Positions 62,687 through 64,000 of a stretch of DNA of 64,000 nucleotides are shown here, one piece after another (position 1 is the first letter of the stretch; every line of letters starts with the position of its first letter). Source of the DNA: Candidatus Kapaibacterium sp. GTDB taxonomy: Bacteria; Bacteroidota; Ignavibacteria; Kapaibacteriales; UBA2268. A model generated the notes under the pieces. It had not been told where the DNA came from, did no database searches, and saw nothing but the letters and a program-made list of their open reading frames with translations. The stretch lies in NCBI GenBank assembly GCA_963665665.1, contig OY762428.1, forward strand, positions 2,873,100 to 2,937,099. The letters run 5' to 3'. The position numbers were made by a program, and so were the translations under genes.

Positions 62687-63965
62687 TGTAGCCGGAGGAA
62701 GGACTAAGAGGCTTATTGTTAATATGCCTCCAAGACATGGCAAATCCGAGCTTATTTCAAGATATTTTCCGGCATGGTATCTCGGTACTTATCCGGACAG
62801 AAGGATTATTCTTGTTTCGTATGAAGCAGGCTTTGCAGCATCATGGGGAAGAAAAACAAAGGAACTATTGGAAGAGTATGGAGAGGATCTATTCGGTATT
62901 AAGCTTAACAGGCTGTCAAATTCAGCATACCGATGGGATGTGGCAGACCATGAAGGCGGACTGAATGCTACTGGTGTCGGTGGAGCGATTACTGGAAAGG
63001 GAGCAAATGTTCTAATCATTGATGATCCAGTCAAAAACGATGAACAGGCAAACAGTAAAACATATAGGGATAAAACATATGACTGGTTCAGGGCTACGGC
63101 ATATACAAGGCTGGAACCGGGTGGAGCTATAATTGTTATCATGACAAGATGGAACTTCGACGACCTTGCCGGAAGGTTATTGAATGATCCGGATTCTGAT
63201 GATAAATGGGAAGTGATAGATTTTCCGGCAATTGCTAAGGAAGATGATATCCTCGGCAGAAAAGAGGGTGAAGCCTTGTGGCCGTACAGGTATTCACTAA
63301 AGAAACTGCAATCAATAAAGAAGCAGATAGGTTCTTACTGGTTCAATGCTTTGTATCAGCAACAGCCTATAGCTTCGGAATACCAGATATTCAAAAGCCA
63401 GTGGTGGCAGGAATATTTGGATTTGCCGGATTATTCTATTCTAATCCAGTCCTGGGATACAGCTTTTAAAGAAAAGGAACAGAATGACTTCTCGGTTTGT
63501 ACTACTTGGGCTTTAACTAAGAACGGATATTATCTGGTTGATTACTGGAGAGGAAAAGTACTGTTTCCGGACCTGCAAAGGCAGGTTGTAATGCAATATA
63601 ACAAGTACAAACCTAATGTAGTTCTTATTGAGGATGCTGCAAGTGGACAGAGCCTTATTCAGGTTCTGCAGAGGGAAACAAAGATCCCGATCAAGGCAGT
63701 GAAGGCTATGAAAGATAAAGTTACAAGGGCACATCTGGTAACGCCACTATTTGAAGCAGGAAAGATATTCGTTCCAAAGGATGCTGTCTTTCTTGCAGAT
63801 ATTATCAATGAATGCTCTGAATTCCCGTATGGCAATCATGATGATATAGTGGATTCAATCACTCAGGCTCTTGATTTCCTGAGAAAGAGGGTAGGTAGTT
63901 CAAAACCAGTAAATCTTATGAAAAATGTTCAGCAAAAAAGAGAGAATTTCTTCACCACTTACTAA
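62535..63965 (+). CDS. terL: terminase large subunit
   Basis: Walker A-like NMPPRHGKSE, Walker B VLIIDDP, and nuclease-domain boxes QSWDTAF and NHDDIVDS. The start is uncertain (62535, 62613 or 62619). Confidence 0.85.
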   Translation: MTKKLQRSLLNTSFAWETLKTASPATMAMHLSDGKYLIAPHINILNKKLLDVAGGRTKRLIVNMPPRHGKSELISRYFPAWYLGTYPDRRIILVSYEAGFAASWGRKTKELLEEYGEDLFGIKLNRLSNSAYRWDVADHEGGLNATGVGGAITGKGANVLIIDDPVKNDEQANSKTYRDKTYDWFRATAYTRLEPGGAIIVIMTRWNFDDLAGRLLNDPDSDDKWEVIDFPAIAKEDDILGRKEGEALWPYRYSLKKLQSIKKQIGSYWFNALYQQQPIASEYQIFKSQWWQEYLDLPDYSILIQSWDTAFKEKEQNDFSVCTTWALTKNGYYLVDYWRGKVLFPDLQRQVVMQYNKYKPNVVLIEDAASGQSLIQVLQRETKIPIKAVKAMKDKVTRAHLVTPLFEAGKIFVPKDAVFLADIINECSEFPYGNHDDIVDSITQALDFLRKRVGSSKPVNLMKNVQQKRENFFTTY

Positions 63966-63971
63966 ATAGCT

Positions 63972-64000
63972 ATGGGAATAATCAGTAAACTAAAAAATGT
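63972..64000 (+). CDS. start of next phage gene (portal expected by position), 3' end outside window
   Basis: ATG at 63972 (MGIISKLKN..), 7 nt after the terL stop. Only 9 codons are visible. Confidence 0.3.

Larger units (their letters stand above)
25719..64000. mobile_element. prophage (right end outside window)
   Basis: Contiguous phage structural, lysis, DNA-modification and terminase genes start about 170 nt after tRNA-Phe. No integrase and no second att copy is seen inside the window. Confidence 0.8.

Overview
64-kb chromosomal window from a low-G+C bacterium that uses strong Shine-Dalgarno sites (AAGGAGG precedes several starts). The lineage cannot be fixed from sequence alone; FISUMP and WG-repeat proteins and an AlbA_2-type regulator are reminiscent of FCB-group or Ignavibacteria-like genomes. 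There are four blocks. (1) 1-8.9 kb is a gene-poor, decayed accessory patch: a nuclease-fold + EcsC/TerB gene pair, a truncated DUF1016 gene, a tyrosine-recombinase remnant, a dnaE PHP-domain fragment, an LRR fragment, and an AlbA_2/Schlafen-type regulator bracketed by 23-bp direct repeats. These are interleaved with aat and a CFA-synthase-like methyltransferase. (2) 8.9-17.4 kb is a single 2841-aa ORF fusing about 5 glycosyltransferase and about 4 methyltransferase domains. (3) 17.4-25.8 kb holds ordinary genes: NfeD, an amidohydrolase/opine-dehydrogenase/MFS operon, an orphan groES with a glutaredoxin-like gene, ArsR, plsC and tRNA-Phe. (4) 25.8-64 kb is a prophage that begins just after tRNA-Phe and runs off the right edge. 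Its minus-strand arm carries scaffold, lambda D/E-like decoration and capsid, Mu gp36/gp37-like connectors, a lysis cassette, fibres, tail genes, G/GT chaperones with a T7 -1 frameshift site, and a 1722-aa tape measure. Its plus-strand arm carries methyltransferases, a PAPS-reductase-like gene, a ParB-like gene and terminase. The prophage holds several low-G+C cargo insertions. The most notable is an inverted-order McrC-McrB type IV restriction module wedged between the tail chaperone genes and the tape-measure gene, near the window centre. Others are a DUF6602-like PD-(D/E)xK gene, a vWA-FISUMP/OmpA secreted pair, a secreted-protein gene on the opposite strand, and a 1134-aa WG-repeat lipoprotein with perfect 102-bp tandem repeats. 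Two non-genic signals stand out. A 38-bp bipartite promoter-like element occurs six times, always upstream of and co-oriented with a phage transcription unit. Heptad (TCAACTN)n arrays occur at three phage intergenic sites. All family assignments are by eye from motifs and gene order; no similarity searches, folding or statistics were run.
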